A DNA stretch of 63,880 bases, filler included, from an uncultured Methanosarcinales archaeon (GTDB lineage Archaea; Nanobdellota; Nanobdellia; Woesearchaeales; CAZKBD01), in the NCBI GenBank assembly GCA_964550945.1. It is 11 parts of 11 records of this genome, joined end to end, with 100 filler letters (N's around TTAATTAATTAA, not from the genome) between each part and the next. Parts side by side here need not be neighbours in the genome. Positions count along the whole stretch, not along the records: positions 25,967 to 31,803 come from CAZKBD010000100.1; positions 31,904 to 37,669 come from CAZKBD010000101.1; positions 37,770 to 43,522 come from CAZKBD010000102.1; 8 more parts are not named here. The stretch is one strand, 5' to 3'. Below the pieces are notes generated by a model, which was given only the letters and a program-made list of their open reading frames with translations, was not told where the DNA came from and ran no database searches. Made by a program: the position numbers and the translations under genes. Below are positions 29,061 to 38,068 of the stretch, one piece after another (the first letter of the stretch is position 1; each line of letters starts with the position of its first letter).

Positions 29061-31628
29061 CTAGCCATTTTCAAGTATCTCAACAACCTTTTCGTAAGTT
29101 TCAGGATATCCAACTATTTTATTGTGAAGGTCTGAGTTGAATAAGTCTGTACAGCTGCCTTTGATATAAATATTTTTTGCATAATCAAGCGCTGCATTCT
29201 CTTTGACAACTATTCCGTCACCATCAAAACCATCCATGCTGCAGCCAGTGCCAATAATATCATAAAATTTGATATTCTTAGGTATTTTGCCAGGATCATT
29301 CAGGCGCTTCATTAATATGCTGTTTTCAGCCATCTCATCACATTCCTTTTTCGAGCCGGTGATGACACAATATTTTTTGATGTTTTCTTTTATGCCTTTG
29401 TTTGGAGTTGCTATCATAATCAATTTATCCACATCATTTTCCCCAAACAAGGAGATATAATCCCGCACTATAAGGCCTCCCATCGAATGGGCTATGATGG
29501 TTACTTTTTCTTTGCCAGTCCTGAATTTTACCAAATCAATAATCTCTTTTAACCTGATAGCATAATTCTCTACGCCCTCTGATTTTTCTGTGGCTATTGC
29601 ATATCTTCCAAGGTCATAAAATCTTGTATAATAGAAGCTTCCCCTTAAAGCCAAAGGAAGGCTGGTTTTACCCCAATCTGCGTAAGGGATTTCTTCCTCT
29701 CCTGAGATTAAATCAATTTGGCCTGCATTGATATAGCCTTGGTCTTGCAATTTAAGTTGTATTTCTGTGAACCTGTCAAGAGACTCTTCAGGAGAGCTTG
29801 CTTTTCTGAAAGCATGGCCATGGACAAATATTATGGGATATTGTTTTGATGATTTAAGGCACTCTTCGCTTAAGCAACAATCCCTGCAGTCATTAAAGAT
29901 GCAGCATTTTGGATTGTTTGCAGGCAAATCCACAATAATATCTGAAGAGATATTTTCGAAATTGTATTGTATAGGAGAGACTTCAAGGCCAGCTATTTTG
30001 AAGGAGACATTAAATGAATTATGTATATTGCTGCAATATTGTATTTCATAATCTTCAAGTAAATTCGGGAAACTGAGTTTTATTAAAGGATAGATATTAG
30101 TTACATTTTCAAAAGTTGTTGTAATCTCAGTGGTTTGCCTGATTTCTTTCTGGACCAAAAAGGGATAAAGAGATTCGTTTGCTGTGTTTGAAACTTCTGT
30201 GAAAATTGAGTTGTCAACTTGGGTTATTAGGTTTGATTGGTATAAATTTAAGGTTTCCTCAAAAGTGTTATTGCTGATTAGATGATAGTGGTTGCTATTC
30301 AAGATACTATCTGCACTGGAATTGATACCCTCAATTGATTGTTTTAATCTGCTTATAAGCTCACAATTTTCCTTTATTAGTTCTGGCTCGTTTATTATTG
30401 AGCTGACATTTTGGTCTGATGTACCAGCTAAAGGGTTTATATTTTTGTTTAGTTCAGCTATAATCTTATTGCTCCTAAAAATGTGAAACATTCCATAAAG
30501 GTAAACATAATTCAAATCAGCCAGATAAGATGTTTTGATTTTGGCGGACAAGTTTGAAATGCTGTCTATCTCAGAATTGATTTCGTTATAGCCTGAATTT
30601 TTGTTCTCTAATGCTGTTTTTGTGCTGTTTAGCCTGATAAGGAATTTGGTTATTTCCTCTGCTTTTTCGTCATTGTTTGTTTTTTTGTAGTAATCATAAA
30701 TTGATTCAAATTCATTGCTCTGATTAATCAGGCTTTTCAGCTCTTGGATATTGGCATTGTAGAGGGCAATAATTGAGCTAGCCTTATCATAATAGATTTT
30801 TAGTTTATTGTTAAACTGGTTTAAGTCATCAATTGAACTGCCTGGGAAAACTTTGGAAAGCCCATTATAGTTTTCTTTTTCCCATAAATCATTTATTCTA
30901 GATGATTGCATAGCAATTGATGTAAATCCTTCTGATAAGCCAGTATCTTCACTTTGGACAAGAGTGCCCATTAAGATAGTTTTTTTTAGCAAAATATCCG
31001 CATCTGAAACATTTTCTAAATAAGATGTAATCTTGTCCCTAAGATTGGATTTAAGCTTTTTTTCTTCATCTGTAAGGCCATAGTTTAATGTTATGAAAGA
31101 GGTCTTGTATTTTTTTGCTTCCTGTGTATCGCATAAGAGGCTTTTGATGTTATTACAAATGGCTTTGAATACGTATATCTGCTGGCCTGAGCCCGGAATA
31201 TTTCCGCTAAAGAGAATTTTTTTGGTTATCTCCTGGTTTGAGCTCAGATAGTTATTATCCTTGAAAAGTGTCTTATTGGTCGCTATATTGATAAGCTCAT
31301 ATTCGCAGTAGGATCTGCATGACCTGAAATTTTTATTTGTTATTGTGAAATCAATTGTTTCGCTATCATTGTGCGCCAGATAAAGTGATTTTTGCAATGG
31401 CTCAAGCCCTATCTGGAGCTCATCCTTCAAGATGAAGCTGATCTTAATGCCAAAAAAAAGCGCAATTACGAACAAGATGATTATTGCAGCAGAAATTATT
31501 AGAGTCCATTTCAATATTTTGCTCTTTTTGACTGTTTGTTCTATGCCTTTCTCTATATGGAGAACTTCTTTCTCTATGCTGATAACCGCATCCTTGATAT
31601 CAGTCTTTTCCCTCTTTTTTTTCCGCAT
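29061..31628 (-). CDS. Membrane-anchored protein with C-terminal alpha/beta hydrolase (lipase-like) domain
   Basis: IIFVHGH, IAHSMGG, IATPNKG, DGDGIV, DLH; N-terminal TM and long helical stalk. Confidence 0.85.
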   Translation of the reverse strand: MRKKKREKTDIKDAVISIEKEVLHIEKGIEQTVKKSKILKWTLIISAAIIILFVIALFFGIKISFILKDELQIGLEPLQKSLYLAHNDSETIDFTITNKNFRSCRSYCEYELINIATNKTLFKDNNYLSSNQEITKKILFSGNIPGSGQQIYVFKAICNNIKSLLCDTQEAKKYKTSFITLNYGLTDEEKKLKSNLRDKITSYLENVSDADILLKKTILMGTLVQSEDTGLSEGFTSIAMQSSRINDLWEKENYNGLSKVFPGSSIDDLNQFNNKLKIYYDKASSIIALYNANIQELKSLINQSNEFESIYDYYKKTNNDEKAEEITKFLIRLNSTKTALENKNSGYNEINSEIDSISNLSAKIKTSYLADLNYVYLYGMFHIFRSNKIIAELNKNINPLAGTSDQNVSSIINEPELIKENCELISRLKQSIEGINSSADSILNSNHYHLISNNTFEETLNLYQSNLITQVDNSIFTEVSNTANESLYPFLVQKEIRQTTEITTTFENVTNIYPLIKLSFPNLLEDYEIQYCSNIHNSFNVSFKIAGLEVSPIQYNFENISSDIIVDLPANNPKCCIFNDCRDCCLSEECLKSSKQYPIIFVHGHAFRKASSPEESLDRFTEIQLKLQDQGYINAGQIDLISGEEEIPYADWGKTSLPLALRGSFYYTRFYDLGRYAIATEKSEGVENYAIRLKEIIDLVKFRTGKEKVTIIAHSMGGLIVRDYISLFGENDVDKLIMIATPNKGIKENIKKYCVITGSKKECDEMAENSILMKRLNDPGKIPKNIKFYDIIGTGCSMDGFDGDGIVVKENAALDYAKNIYIKGSCTDLFNSDLHNKIVGYPETYEKVVEILENG

Positions 31629-31663
31629 ATCACAATATATAACCTAGAGGGGTATATAAATTC

Positions 31664-31803
31664 TGTCAAAAATCACCCCTTAGAGAAGGGTGGTATGAAA
31701 AGTTGAACATAAAAAGCTAACCAACATGGTGATTTTTGAGCATGCTCAGAAACTTCCCATATCACAAAGGAAGATTGGCTTTCAGCCACTAGTTATAAAC
31801 TGG
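31664..31803. repeat. Palindromic REP/MITE-like element at contig end
   Basis: TGTCAAAAATCACC...GGTGATTTTTGAGCATGCTCAGAAA; 31770..31803 matches 55279..55312 at 31/34. Confidence 0.75.
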
Positions 31804-31903
31804 NNNNNNNNNNNNNNNNNNNNNNNNNNNNNNNNNNNNNNNNNNNNTTAATTAATTAANNNNNNNNNNNNNNNNNNNNNNNNNNNNNNNNNNNNNNNNN
31901 NNN
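31804..31903. other. Artificial contig linker
   Basis: N-run + TTAATTAATTAA + N-run. Confidence 0.99.
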
Positions 31904-32020
31904 AAATTTAAAGAAAATACTTAATGAACAGGTTTTTGTAAAAAACGCAAAAGTCTATAAAACGAAAGGTTTATATAACAGTTTATTATATTTTATTATA
32001 AATTATAATAAGGTGATAAA

Positions 32021-32263
32021 ATGGTACAGGCAATTGTTAATTTAGGTGAACGTGAGGATAGGGTTCTTACCATAGTAAAAGGTAAGTTCGGTCTAAAAAA
32101 TAAATCTGATGCAGTTAATCTAGTTATAGAGAAATTCGAGCAGGAACTTCTTGAACCTAGGCTGAGGCCAGAATATAAAGAAGAACTATTAAAGATCGAT
32201 AAAGGAAAATTCAAAAGATTTTCTAGCATTGAAGATTTAAGAAGAGAGATTGAGAATGTATAA
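32021..32263 (+). CDS. Antitoxin (DUF2683-like, RHH-type)
   Basis: MVQAIVNL..DRVLTIVKGKFGLKNKSDAVN..RFSSIEDLRREI; overlaps toxin start. Confidence 0.8.
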   Translation: MVQAIVNLGEREDRVLTIVKGKFGLKNKSDAVNLVIEKFEQELLEPRLRPEYKEELLKIDKGKFKRFSSIEDLRREIENV

Positions 32264-32636
32264 TTTTGAAACATCAGAAACCGCTACTCGCAATCCCTTT
32301 GCTTCAGCTCAGGGTAAGAAGGCGGTTTCTGAGTGTGCTCAAGAACACGCCCCCCATTTTAGTGGGGCGGTTCTTGACAGAAGCAACAGGCTTATCAAAA
32401 TTTTAAAGAAACTCTTAAAAAAAGACAGGGTGCGTTATGAAGCGACTATGAAAAAGATTCAAGAAGTTATTAATTCTGAGGACCCCAACCATTACAAAAA
32501 TTTGAGTTATGACTTGAGTGATTTTAAAGGTGTTCATATCGACACCCATTTTATTCTTATTTTTAAGGTTGATAATTCTGCAAAATTAATCAAATTTGAA
32601 GATTTAAAGCACCATGATGATGCTTATGAACGGTGA
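32256..32636 (+). CDS. RelE/ParE/YafQ-family toxin carrying a 36-codon in-frame insertion
   Basis: LKKLLKKD..HYKNLSYDL..VHIDTHFILIFKV..HHDDAY. Confidence 0.85.
   Translation: MYNFETSETATRNPFASAQGKKAVSECAQEHAPHFSGAVLDRSNRLIKILKKLLKKDRVRYEATMKKIQEVINSEDPNHYKNLSYDLSDFKGVHIDTHFILIFKVDNSAKLIKFEDLKHHDDAYER
32272..32379. mobile_element. 108-bp double-hairpin palindromic element inside the toxin gene
   Basis: TCAGAAACCGC/GCGGTTTCTGA and TCAAGAAC..GCCCC/GGGGC.GTTCTTGA arms; ends resemble the TGTCA...TGACA family. Confidence 0.75.
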
Positions 32637-32693
32637 TATTTGAGAGGCACGGCAATTGAATATAATCGCTTGTTAAACTCTTTCCCAGTTACG

Positions 32694-32829
32694 TAAGTTC
32701 TGGCGGATTTCGTTTCGAAAAGTAATTTTTAGTGGCTCGTGTTCAATCAAGCGAACAAAGTGAGCAATCAAGAACATACATTAAGGGGGGCATTTCTAAA
32801 CAACGAAAACGAACGAGGGGGGTGGGGTG
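32694..32829 (+). repeat. Left multi-block inverted repeat of the radical SAM cassette
   Basis: Blocks TAAGTTC, TAATTTTTAGTGGCT (32723..32737), TAAGGGGGGCATTTC (32782..32796) and AGGGGGGTGGGG, mirrored at 36774..36849. Confidence 0.8.
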
Positions 32830-32844
32830 GACGACTAATTTTAG

Positions 32845-33858
32845 TCATTTCCCATAAGCATACTGCCACATTATTCTGAATGATTCTATGAGTCCATCAA
32901 TATCTTTACGTGCCAGCAGTTCATTATCTACCATAAATACATTTCTACTATCTGGAAATACTCTTTGGCAAGCACTTAACATCATTCCCTCAGGTGAACT
33001 AGAAAGCTGTGCTGAATATATTCCCTGGCAATATTCCCTGCAGTTATTTGCCTTACAGTTATCAGTTACTACATAAACTGCTTTTCTTGGTACATTGACT
33101 TTCATTGTACCATCTGTTAAAAAAGGCCTTCCTTTATCAGAATAACCTAACTCCCATCTATCACTTCTTAAAAAAACTTCAGTTACCTCTTGTGGGTCAA
33201 CATAAAGTCGATCAAATGAATCCTCTATAGCTTGAGTTTTATACACTCCAAAATAAAAAGCGTTTCTTGCCCCTATACTTTCTGCTCGTTTTAACAAGAC
33301 CTCGAGCTGTTCATAAGATGAAATTCCATCTGTGTTTAGGCATACATGTACGTGCACATCTATCCCGCTTTCAACTGCATTCTGCATAGCCCTAAATGCA
33401 TCATCTAAGCTAAACCCGGTCCCATTATACGCCATGTATTTCTCATTTGTCTCTGCTGATATAGACATATTAATTCGCCTAAGCCCTGCAGCAGACAAGT
33501 CTTGACAGAATTGCCTATCCACTAATCTTGAACCATTGGTTACAGCCCAAAATTGATTAACGCCTTCAGTTCTAGATATAGCAGATACTACATCAAGCAA
33601 GTAGTCTCTATCGAGCAAGAGCGGCTCTCCACCACTAATCTGAAAATTATGACAATCTGTAGCCACCATTGCTTTTGTAATCAATGCTAGGTCCTGCGGG
33701 GGCATAGTAGGTGTTGCTTTATTTACTTCAGGTGAAACAGGCCAACCGCAAAAACTACATCTAAAATTGCAGTAATCTGAGATAAAAATTCTGAGAAGTT
33801 TATCAGGTACAACATTTACAGGTATTTCTTGTTGGATATCTGTTTTTCTTTGGCTCAT
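32845..33858 (-). CDS. Radical SAM enzyme, MoaA-like
   Basis: LRIFISDYCNFRCSFC, SGGEPLL, VTNGS, AGLRRINMS; C-terminal Cys cluster CKANNCREYC..C. Confidence 0.9.
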   Translation of the reverse strand: MSQRKTDIQQEIPVNVVPDKLLRIFISDYCNFRCSFCGWPVSPEVNKATPTMPPQDLALITKAMVATDCHNFQISGGEPLLLDRDYLLDVVSAISRTEGVNQFWAVTNGSRLVDRQFCQDLSAAGLRRINMSISAETNEKYMAYNGTGFSLDDAFRAMQNAVESGIDVHVHVCLNTDGISSYEQLEVLLKRAESIGARNAFYFGVYKTQAIEDSFDRLYVDPQEVTEVFLRSDRWELGYSDKGRPFLTDGTMKVNVPRKAVYVVTDNCKANNCREYCQGIYSAQLSSSPEGMMLSACQRVFPDSRNVFMVDNELLARKDIDGLIESFRIMWQYAYGK

Positions 33859-33879
33859 TTTATTATCTCATTTAATTTA

Positions 33880-35367
33880 TTATTTAGTTTCTTCGAAAGT
33901 TATTGCTTTTCCATGGGGAATGAGATTAGCAACATTAAACCCAAGCAGGAACTGCCCTTTAAAATCATGAGTTTTCATAAGCGTAATCACTTGGTCAAAC
34001 ATTCTAACTTGCCTCTCTAATCTACATTCCTCGCATCCTAAAGTGGCATCCATTACTTGTTGTGTTCTTTCTGCTAAAATTTGGGATAAGTCTCCAGTTT
34101 GTTTAACTCTATCTTCTTGAGTTCTGGTTGGATTCCACCCATCAACATACCAAAAATCTGAATTTCCAAAATTTTGGCTGCTTCTGCAACTTAAGATCCT
34201 AGCGCCAGTTTTTCTAGGAGCATCTGTTGTTATTATTGTTGGGTTCCACAGAGCAGATCCACACACTTCATTATTTTCTCTGGTTGTTGCATCAAAATAA
34301 ACATTTCTTTCAGGAGCATCCAGTCTTAAAGTTCCAGGATACCTTATTATTGTTCTTCCACAATCAACAGATCTAAGATCATCAAAAAATTCCCCAGTTA
34401 CTCTTTGTTGTGCTTCAGTAAATTCAATCCCCCATTTTCCATAAGAAGGCTCTACAGGATTGATATATACATAATCAATGCCTAGTTGTATGAATCTACC
34501 CATCATATAACTATAGCTCCCAGTATTTTCTGGTAATATCAAGGTTGCTACACCAACTAAAACATCATCTCTTCTTCCGGCTTGTTCTAAACTAGCCATC
34601 AATCTTTCTAGATTACCAAGAACTTTTCCAAAAGTTGTTTTGCCATTTGTTCCTTGGTATTGATCGTAAGCAGCATCGTTAAGTCCTTTTATAGAAACAG
34701 TTATCATTGCAATGTCATCTGCTATTGATCTTATTATACCTCCATCTTTATCTCTTGGTAGCCTTAGATTAGATGTCAGGAAAATTCTCATACCCTTTTC
34801 TTTCAGATAATCTAATATTCTTAGTATATCTGGATGTTCTGTTGGTTCGCCATCTCCAGAAACGACAGCAGAAATAGAGTCAAGCCTAGAGCCCATTGAA
34901 TAGACCTGTTCTATTATGTTCTCGATAGCTTCATAAGGAATGAACCTTTCACTAACCGGTTTTCCTTTGAATCTATCTAAATTATGAAACTGACAGATAT
35001 GACAACTTGAATTACAAACGCCACTCGGATAAAGATAGAATCTAGGTATCACAAGATTTCCTTCTCCATAGAATTCTTCAATCGCCCTGAAAGTATCAAA
35101 AGGGCTACCTGGATAGAAGCTAGAAGGGTGTATTCTTACAGAACCAACTACGGCTCCGTCTACTACGTATACTGCTGAGTGATAGGGTGTTTTAAAAAAA
35201 TGTTGCGTAGGATCCTGCATAAGATTTGCTAATACTAAAGTTTGCTCTGGTGATATGCTTATGATACTTCCTTTCCTAATCTGGTAAACCTGACTCGTTT
35301 CACCTAACAATACCGTTCTTCTTTCATCAACTGCTTGAACCATTTTCTTTGTTATTGAACATTTCAA
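33880..35367 (-). CDS. Radical SAM enzyme with SPASM/Twitch-like tail
   Basis: CNSSCHIC, SGDGEPT, C-terminal C..C..CEECR. Confidence 0.9.
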   Translation of the reverse strand: MKCSITKKMVQAVDERRTVLLGETSQVYQIRKGSIISISPEQTLVLANLMQDPTQHFFKTPYHSAVYVVDGAVVGSVRIHPSSFYPGSPFDTFRAIEEFYGEGNLVIPRFYLYPSGVCNSSCHICQFHNLDRFKGKPVSERFIPYEAIENIIEQVYSMGSRLDSISAVVSGDGEPTEHPDILRILDYLKEKGMRIFLTSNLRLPRDKDGGIIRSIADDIAMITVSIKGLNDAAYDQYQGTNGKTTFGKVLGNLERLMASLEQAGRRDDVLVGVATLILPENTGSYSYMMGRFIQLGIDYVYINPVEPSYGKWGIEFTEAQQRVTGEFFDDLRSVDCGRTIIRYPGTLRLDAPERNVYFDATTRENNEVCGSALWNPTIITTDAPRKTGARILSCRSSQNFGNSDFWYVDGWNPTRTQEDRVKQTGDLSQILAERTQQVMDATLGCEECRLERQVRMFDQVITLMKTHDFKGQFLLGFNVANLIPHGKAITFEETK

Positions 35368-36680
35368 AAAAAATAATTGCCAACTGGTCTATCCCTAATT
35401 TTTGTCTGATCCGGATGTTCTATCGTATTGTTAACCCATGACTGCCTACAGCTCTCCGGATTACAAAATCTACCCATCCTACGGTAAAAAAAATATTGTA
35501 AAATTCCTATTCTTGTTCTTTCTTGTTCAGGTATACCCTGGAGAGTGTTTCCCAAAGAAAATTCAGGAAATGCCGGAAGCAGGAAGTCAGGATATTCGGT
35601 GCCATCAGCCCTGAATACTCTATGTATTAACGCATTGTAACAATTACTAAATGGCCTTGCAGTGTGAACAAATGGGTCTTTTTTAGCTCTTTCCACTAAC
35701 GTTTGAAAATTGGTTGCCGTATACAGGAAATCTGTAAACTTATCATCAGTTTCTGCCTTACTCAAGACTTTAGCAACTTCTCCTCTTACTCCGTCAATTA
35801 CTTCTTGCGGCAAATAAACGCCACCTGCCATTATAGAACCTGCTTGTTCAATAGGTGGGGAGATAGGCCTAAACTGGATATTGAACCTTTTTTGTATTGA
35901 TGTGGGTTGTTGCTGATACCATTCAAACCATATTTCAAGAAAATCAAAGATTTCATGAGAATTTTCTTTCCTATACAGAAAGCCAACTCCGACATATTGG
36001 ATAGGTGTATCAGTAAGCATACGTCTTACATTAGCTACTACTGCATCATATTTGTCTTTTCTTTTAATACGCCTATAAGTTTCGGCGTTTGAAGCGTCAA
36101 TAGAGCTTCTTTGCCATAAAATGTGGTCGGTCCATGTACCTTCCGGCATTCTGGTGTTGTTGTTAATAAGACCAATCTGAGCATCAGGAAGTTCTTCGTG
36201 GATAAAAAGTATAACCTCATTCATGGTGTGCCCCTGAGAGCTATAAACATTTGGTTCGCCGCCGCCTGTTACAGTTATTGCTCTTGGAGAAAGTCCTTGA
36301 AGAATCATAGGAATTTTATCAAAGCCTACTGTTGCTCCGGTTTTGTGGAGATAATGGCAATCAACACAGTCTAAATCGCACCTGTCAGTAATATGAAATT
36401 CAAGTTGGCCTATTGGATATGCCGAATTCATGTCCTTTACAAGTTCATCAACTGATCTTCCATTCATTGAAACAATTGCTCTAGCAGCCTCTTCTACAGA
36501 GACAGCTCTTTGCTGCAATGAAGAAAGAACTTCAAACCTCCCCTTATGAATTTCATCAGAATCACCAGCAAATCCCCATTTTTTAGCAATGGCGACCTTT
36601 CGTTCAATAAGGGATAAATGATTAAATACCCTATATGGGTTTCTTAATACCTGATTTACTGAAGATTGAGTTTCTTCCAT
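35364..36680 (-). CDS. Radical SAM enzyme with degenerate SPASM-like tail
   Basis: ITDRCDLDCVDC, TGGGEPN, SIDASNAETY, C-terminal C..ADG..CNPESCR. Confidence 0.9.
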   Translation of the reverse strand: MEETQSSVNQVLRNPYRVFNHLSLIERKVAIAKKWGFAGDSDEIHKGRFEVLSSLQQRAVSVEEAARAIVSMNGRSVDELVKDMNSAYPIGQLEFHITDRCDLDCVDCHYLHKTGATVGFDKIPMILQGLSPRAITVTGGGEPNVYSSQGHTMNEVILFIHEELPDAQIGLINNNTRMPEGTWTDHILWQRSSIDASNAETYRRIKRKDKYDAVVANVRRMLTDTPIQYVGVGFLYRKENSHEIFDFLEIWFEWYQQQPTSIQKRFNIQFRPISPPIEQAGSIMAGGVYLPQEVIDGVRGEVAKVLSKAETDDKFTDFLYTATNFQTLVERAKKDPFVHTARPFSNCYNALIHRVFRADGTEYPDFLLPAFPEFSLGNTLQGIPEQERTRIGILQYFFYRRMGRFCNPESCRQSWVNNTIEHPDQTKIRDRPVGNYFF

Positions 36681-36773
36681 TATATTTTAGATGAATATAA
36701 TCGTATATTTAAATCTATTTATATATAACTACTATTAAGAAGTAATTATTACGGAACTTAAACCACCAAAACG

Positions 36774-36849
36774 CCCCACCCCCTATGACTAACTAAACGA
36801 CGAAATGCCCCCTTATCAGTCATTTAGCCACTAAAAATTATTGAACTTA
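36774..36849 (-). repeat. Right multi-block inverted repeat of the radical SAM cassette
   Basis: Minus strand TAAGTTC aa TAATTTTTAGTGGCT ... TAAGGGGGCATTTC ... AGGGGGTGGGG. Confidence 0.8.
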
Positions 36850-36867
36850 ATCTGTGTTAGTTGCGTC
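36840..36867 (-). other. Xer dif-like recombination site (11-6-11)
   Basis: GACGCAACTAA CACAGA TTAAGTTCAAT versus E. coli dif GGTGCGCATAA TGTATA TTATGTTAAAT (right arm 9/11, left arm 6/11). Confidence 0.55.
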
Positions 36868-36943
36868 TGCGAAGCAGACCGAGGGATAGTGCAACGGTTT
36901 TTGCGAAGCAAAAAATCCCAAAGAGTTGCCGATCCAAAAATTA

Positions 36944-37531
36944 TTATGACTTGTGAGCTTTTCCCATAGTACTTTTGAACTCGTTAAAATCATAAGGAAA
37001 TAGGTTGATGAATACACCTAAAACCATACTCTTTTCTTCAAAACCTATTGAAAGTGAAGGGTTTCTCATTAACTCATTAGATTGTGTATCAAGATACTCT
37101 AAAACTAATGATTTACATTTTAGACTAGGAGACAAACCTGCTTCCTGATTTTCGTTAAGTGAACTAAATACAAATCTTATTTTATCAGACTTATTATTAA
37201 TCTTGTCTGGAAACCAAATTGAGATCTCTTTTATTATATTATTTCTTACAATTGGTAAAATTATGCGTTTATTAGTCACTAAAATGGAAGCCCTATGTAT
37301 GTTTGGAAACATAATCCCTTCAATTAGATTAGGATTGTCTAAATGATGTTTATTGGTTGAATACCAGACAGCTGGAAAGAACTTCATCTTTATCTCATCC
37401 TTTTCAATTAAGAATTTATCCTCCTGTCTTAAATTATCTAACTGCATCGGTTCCAAATCATACTCTTTGGCTATTATTTTTTGTTCTCTTCTAAACTTCA
37501 ATGGGTATAACCAACACCATAAAAGGAACAA
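36944..37531 (-). CDS. Hypothetical membrane-associated protein, start uncertain
   Basis: Frame stays open upstream through a hydrophobic segment without ATG; ILVTNKRIIL resembles PH-like domains. Confidence 0.5.
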   Translation of the reverse strand: MFLLWCWLYPLKFRREQKIIAKEYDLEPMQLDNLRQEDKFLIEKDEIKMKFFPAVWYSTNKHHLDNPNLIEGIMFPNIHRASILVTNKRIILPIVRNNIIKEISIWFPDKINNKSDKIRFVFSSLNENQEAGLSPSLKCKSLVLEYLDTQSNELMRNPSLSIGFEEKSMVLGVFINLFPYDFNEFKSTMGKAHKS

Positions 37532-37669
37532 AGCACAAACAAGAAATATAAAAATTGGAATAACTGAAAATAATGAAGACTTTTTTACATATTCATTAAT
37601 TATCCCACTTAAAAGGATGTGGGACAGGATTAGCTAATTTCTATGCTGTTTCTTATAGAAGTTGAATAC

Positions 37670-37769
37670 NNNNNNNNNNNNNNNNNNNNNNNNNNNNNNN
37701 NNNNNNNNNNNNNTTAATTAATTAANNNNNNNNNNNNNNNNNNNNNNNNNNNNNNNNNNNNNNNNNNNN
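37670..37769. other. Artificial contig linker
   Basis: N-run + TTAATTAATTAA + N-run. Confidence 0.99.
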
Positions 37770-37886
37770 TAACCACACCTGCCAAAAGCTAAACTGCAGC
37801 TATGATGAGCAATTCTCTAACCACACCTGCCAAAAGCTAAACTGCAGCTATGATGAGCAATTCTCTAACCACACCTGCCAAAAGCT
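37770..37886. repeat. 48-bp perfect tandem repeat, about 2.4 copies, at contig start
   Basis: Unit TAACCACACCTGCCAAAAGCTAAACTGCAGCTATGATGAGCAATTCTC. Confidence 0.9.
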
Positions 37887-38068
37887 TAATTGCGCTTTTT
37901 TTCAAAGTAGGGTAAACCGTAGATGTGTTAACGATAAGCCTTTGATCTTTAAGCTAGCCGTGGAACTAGTGATAATATCTTTAATTATTCTTTTGTTGGT
38001 TTTAGATGTAAGGAAATACGAGTCAAAGAAAAAAGCATTAAATCCAAAAAAAGAAATATCGAGTAAAA

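Noticed and set aside
32845..33858. Calling this gene moaA
   Set aside because: The C-terminal cysteine pattern differs, the terminal GG is absent, and no other Moco genes are nearby
36723..36862. Integron attC site (ATATAAC...GTTAGTT)
   Set aside because: End boxes fit, but the interior is not self-complementary; a dif-like reading fits better
36860..36932. HDV-like or other self-cleaving ribozyme
   Set aside because: No room for P3/L3 and no recognisable catalytic core; retained only as a structured DNA element
37770..37886. 48-bp tandem repeat as a CRISPR array or VNTR
   Set aside because: No unique spacers and no cas genes; it sits at a contig edge and puts a stop into a minus-strand signal-peptide-like ORF (MKKSAIKLLAGVVRELLIIAAV), so an assembly artefact is more likely
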